In this document: piece by piece, positions 61,088 to 64,000 of the stretch
Layout: the number at the start of each line of letters is the position of its first letter
Numbering within the stretch: position 1 is the first letter of the stretch
Source: an uncultured delta proteobacterium
GTDB taxonomy: Bacteria; Desulfobacterota; Desulfobacteria; Desulfobacterales; B30-G6
Direction of reading: 5' to 3'
NCBI GenBank assembly: GCA_963823335.1
Contig: CAWGLD010000001.1
Span: 672,001-736,000 of the forward strand
Length of the DNA stretch: 64,000 bases
Position numbers and translations under genes: made by a program
The notes under the pieces: generated by a model
Told to the model about the DNA's origin: nothing
Database searches by the model: none
Seen by the model: only the letters and a program-made list of their open reading frames with translations

Positions 61088-61873
61088 TCATTCTTTTTGT
61101 TTCTTTTCGACCTGTTGTTTCAACCATTCCAACCAGGGGGCCATGCCCTCCTCGGTCTTGGATGACATTTCAAATATAGGCATGTCAGGATGAATCTGCC
61201 GAATATTTTTTAGCGCCTCGGCCGTGTCGTAATCCAGGTACGGCAGAAGATCGATTTTGTTCAGAATCGCTGCATCACATTCCCGGAACATGAGAGGGTA
61301 TTTTAAAGGTTTGTCCTCTCCTTCTGTTACGCTGAGAATGACAACACGGGCGTCTTCACCGATGTCGAATTCGGCCGGACAGACAAGATTCCCAACATTT
61401 TCAACTATTAACAGTTGTACGCCATGTAGATCGATACCCCCGAGGGCCTTTTCAATGACGTGTGCGGCCAGATGGCAGTCACCACCGAATTCATCGGTGT
61501 TGACCTGCACCACCGGCGCACCGGATACGGCCAGCCGATCTGCATCGTTGGTGGTGCAGATGTCCCCGACGATCACGGCGCATCCAATTTCGGGCATGAT
61601 CCGGGCAAGCGTTTTTTCCAGGGTCGTGGTTTTTCCTGATCCGGGCGAACTCATCAGATTAAGAACAAAAATGCCATGATCGGCAAAAAGCCGCCGGTTC
61701 TGTGCTGCCATCTGGTCGTTCACATCCAGGACCCGCCGGACGACCTTGATTTCACGTGTGCCGGATTTGACTGTATGGACAGCTGTTTCATGGGTGTCGT
61801 GGGTATGGGGTTGGGCCCCTTTTTGAAATTCCTTGTGGTGGCTGGCCACCTGCATTTTTCTAAACTGATACAT
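61088..61873 (-). CDS. hypB: Hydrogenase nickel incorporation GTPase HypB
   Basis: SSPGSGKT, CHL, ENVGNLVCPA, TEGEDKPLKYP, NKIDL; His-rich N-terminus. Confidence 0.96.
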   Translation of the reverse strand: MYQFRKMQVASHHKEFQKGAQPHTHDTHETAVHTVKSGTREIKVVRRVLDVNDQMAAQNRRLFADHGIFVLNLMSSPGSGKTTTLEKTLARIMPEIGCAVIVGDICTTNDADRLAVSGAPVVQVNTDEFGGDCHLAAHVIEKALGGIDLHGVQLLIVENVGNLVCPAEFDIGEDARVVILSVTEGEDKPLKYPLMFRECDAAILNKIDLLPYLDYDTAEALKNIRQIHPDMPIFEMSSKTEEGMAPWLEWLKQQVEKKQKE

Positions 61874-61975
61874 TCTGTCGGTCCCTTAATTGTAAAATAT
61901 ATTTAATGGTCTTTTTCGTGATTTCGATCTTTCGTGATTTCGTGGTAAAATTCTTTTTCCTTTATTGTCTCCGGG

Positions 61976-62332
61976 TCACGTTTCCTCGTCAGCGATTTCT
62001 ATGGATTCGATATTCAATTCCCGTCCGGAAATGATGTCGAGCTGCCCGCTGCTGCACTGCTGGCACTGAAACACCGGTTCCTCAATTGTCCACTCGGCAT
62101 TGCATTCCTTGCAACGCGCCCGCACTGGAATCTCTTCGATGTGAAGCACAGCACCCGATAACAAGCTGTCTTTTGCAGCGATTTCAAAACAAAACCGCAG
62201 ACTGTCCGAAACAATTGCCGCCATTTTCCCCACCTTGAGATTCACTTTCTCAACCTGGATGGGGGTCTCACTGCGGGGGATCGAGGCAGATGCAATTTCG
62301 ATGATCTGTAAGGCAATACCCATTTCGTGCAT
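61976..62332 (-). CDS. hypA: Hydrogenase maturation nickel metallochaperone HypA
   Basis: MHEMGIA start, CKEC...CQQC, SGREL. Confidence 0.96.
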   Translation of the reverse strand: MHEMGIALQIIEIASASIPRSETPIQVEKVNLKVGKMAAIVSDSLRFCFEIAAKDSLLSGAVLHIEEIPVRARCKECNAEWTIEEPVFQCQQCSSGQLDIISGRELNIESIEIADEET

Positions 62333-62551
62333 CGGGTTGGTTTCCAATCTATAGTTTAATGTGTTGTAAGACTCGCCCAACCATCAACAGCAGGAATCAT
62401 TCGACCAAAGGGTACAAGGGTCCGAGGGTAATCAAGGGTTCAAGGGAAGGTCTCCCTATGGTCGATCTATTATGATATGTCACTCAGAAAATAGCTGTTA
62501 GCTCATAGCGTAACCTAAAACCTAAAACGTAACACCTAAAACCAGATACTT

Positions 62552-63424
62552 CTAAACAAAGACTTCTTTACAGAGCTCTCCTAGACGACCCAGGTTTTCA
62601 CACACATGAATCCCGCCGGCTTTCATGGCGGCAACCTTGCCCTGAGCGGTACCGCTCTTTCCGCTGATGATGGCCCCGGCATGTCCCATTCGTCGGCCGG
62701 GAGGTGCCGTGAGACCGGCTATGAAGCCCACCACCGGTTTGGACATACGGGCTTGAATAAATGCGCTGGCCTCTTCCTCGGCCGTACCTCCGATCTCGCC
62801 CACCATGACGATTCCCTGGGTCGCGTCGTCCGCTTCGAAGGCCTCCAGGCAGTCGATAAAATTGGTCCCGTTGACAGGGTCTCCTCCGATGCCAAGACAG
62901 GTCGACTGTCCGATACCCTGACCGGTCAACTGATGCACCACTTCATACGTCAACGTGCCTGATCGGGATACAACGCCGATGGGACCACCGGGTTTATGAA
63001 TCGGGGCCGGCATGATACCGATCTTGCATTCTCCCGGGGTAATGATTCCGGGACAGTTCGGACCGATGAGACGGGATGCTTTGTCCCGAAGATAGTTCTT
63101 GACCTTCATCATGTCCAGAACCGGAATCCCTTCCGTGATGGCAACGATGATCCGTATCTGTGCGTCGGCCGCCTCCATGATGGCGTCTGCTGCAAAAGGC
63201 GGCGGCACAAAAATCATGCTGCAGTCGGCACCGGTCTCCTTGACAGCGGTGGCCACCGTGTTGAACACAGGCACCGCATCCATCTTCTGCCCACCTTTTC
63301 CGGGCGTGACACCGGCCACCACCTGAGTACCGTAAGCCACACATTGCCGGGTGTGAAACTGCCCTTCTTTACCCGTGATACCTTGAACCAGAACGCGTGT
63401 ATTTTTATCGACGAATATACTCAC
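62552..63424 (-). CDS. sucD: Succinate--CoA ligase alpha subunit
   Basis: [33 protein letters not shown]. Confidence 0.96.
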   Translation of the reverse strand: MSIFVDKNTRVLVQGITGKEGQFHTRQCVAYGTQVVAGVTPGKGGQKMDAVPVFNTVATAVKETGADCSMIFVPPPFAADAIMEAADAQIRIIVAITEGIPVLDMMKVKNYLRDKASRLIGPNCPGIITPGECKIGIMPAPIHKPGGPIGVVSRSGTLTYEVVHQLTGQGIGQSTCLGIGGDPVNGTNFIDCLEAFEADDATQGIVMVGEIGGTAEEEASAFIQARMSKPVVGFIAGLTAPPGRRMGHAGAIISGKSGTAQGKVAAMKAGGIHVCENLGRLGELCKEVFV

Positions 63425-63497
63425 GATGCCTTCCTTACTATGTTATATCGATTGTTAGAAATTCGAAATCCAAATATCGAAATCCAAAACAAATAGA

Positions 63498-64000
63498 TTA
63501 AGCCACCAGTTCCGCCACCTTTTGAGCGGCATCCTTCAAATCAACAGCGGTAATGAGATTCAAGCCCGACTCAGCCAGAATCCTGCGGCCTTCCGTGACA
63601 TTCGTGCCTTCCATGCGAACGACCACCGGTACGTTGATACCGGTCGTTTTAGCGGCCTGAACAACCCCTTCCGCAAGAACGTCACAGCGCAGGATACCAC
63701 CAAAAATATTGATCAGGATCCCCTTGACGTTCTTGTCGCTTAAAATAATCCGGAATCCGTTTTCCACCATTTCCGCACTGGCGCCGCCCCCCACATCCAG
63801 AAAATTGGCCGGCTCGGCACCGGCAAGCTTGATGATATCCATGGTTGCCATGGCCAGACCTGCGCCGTTCACCATGTTACCCACATTACCGTCCAGGTTG
63901 ATGTAGTTGAGGTTGTATTTGGAGGCTTCCACCTCGAGGGGGTCTTCCTCGTTCAGATCCCGAAGTTCCAATATCTGCTTGTGTCGGAAGAGGGCGTTGT
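63498..64000 (-). CDS. sucC: Succinate--CoA ligase beta subunit (3' part; truncated by window edge)
   Basis: [36 protein letters not shown]. Confidence 0.95.
   Translation of the reverse strand, partial: NALFRHKQILELRDLNEEDPLEVEASKYNLNYINLDGNVGNMVNGAGLAMATMDIIKLAGAEPANFLDVGGGASAEMVENGFRIILSDKNVKGILINIFGGILRCDVLAEGVVQAAKTTGINVPVVVRMEGTNVTEGRRILAESGLNLITAVDLKDAAQKVAELVA

Overview
Chromosomal window of an anaerobic deltaproteobacterium, most consistent with Desulfobacterales (inferred from gene content and intergenic repeat style). Core housekeeping blocks (trxA-bamD-rpmB/rel-proS-ispG/mltF; rpmF-ACAD-fabG-acpP-fabF-rpiB-glyA-nrdR-rib-nusB; gltX-tRNA-Gln; pgi; glnS; sucCD-hypAB) flank a ~24 kb accessory amine/polyamine region (7.9-32.1 kb) with five regulators from five families. 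The best candidate for an undescribed system is an anaerobic agmatine/putrescine oxidation operon (TetR, PatA-AOR, ferredoxin, potABCD, aguA, aguB). It is built around a 1054-aa ORF fusing a putrescine aminotransferase to an aldehyde:ferredoxin oxidoreductase. Other candidates are a sigma54-driven GNAT/ATP-grasp/PLP-decarboxylase cluster with a readable enhancer, and an acyl-CoA dehydrogenase in the plsX-fabH-fabD slot of the fatty-acid synthesis operon. Caveat: potA and potB each carry a +1 frameshift in a short homopolymer. A similar single extra base could also explain the NusB fusion and possibly the PatA-AOR fusion, so read-level checks are needed. One tRNA was found. No rRNA, CRISPR array or autonomous transposase was seen, but MITE/REP-like repeats are frequent.
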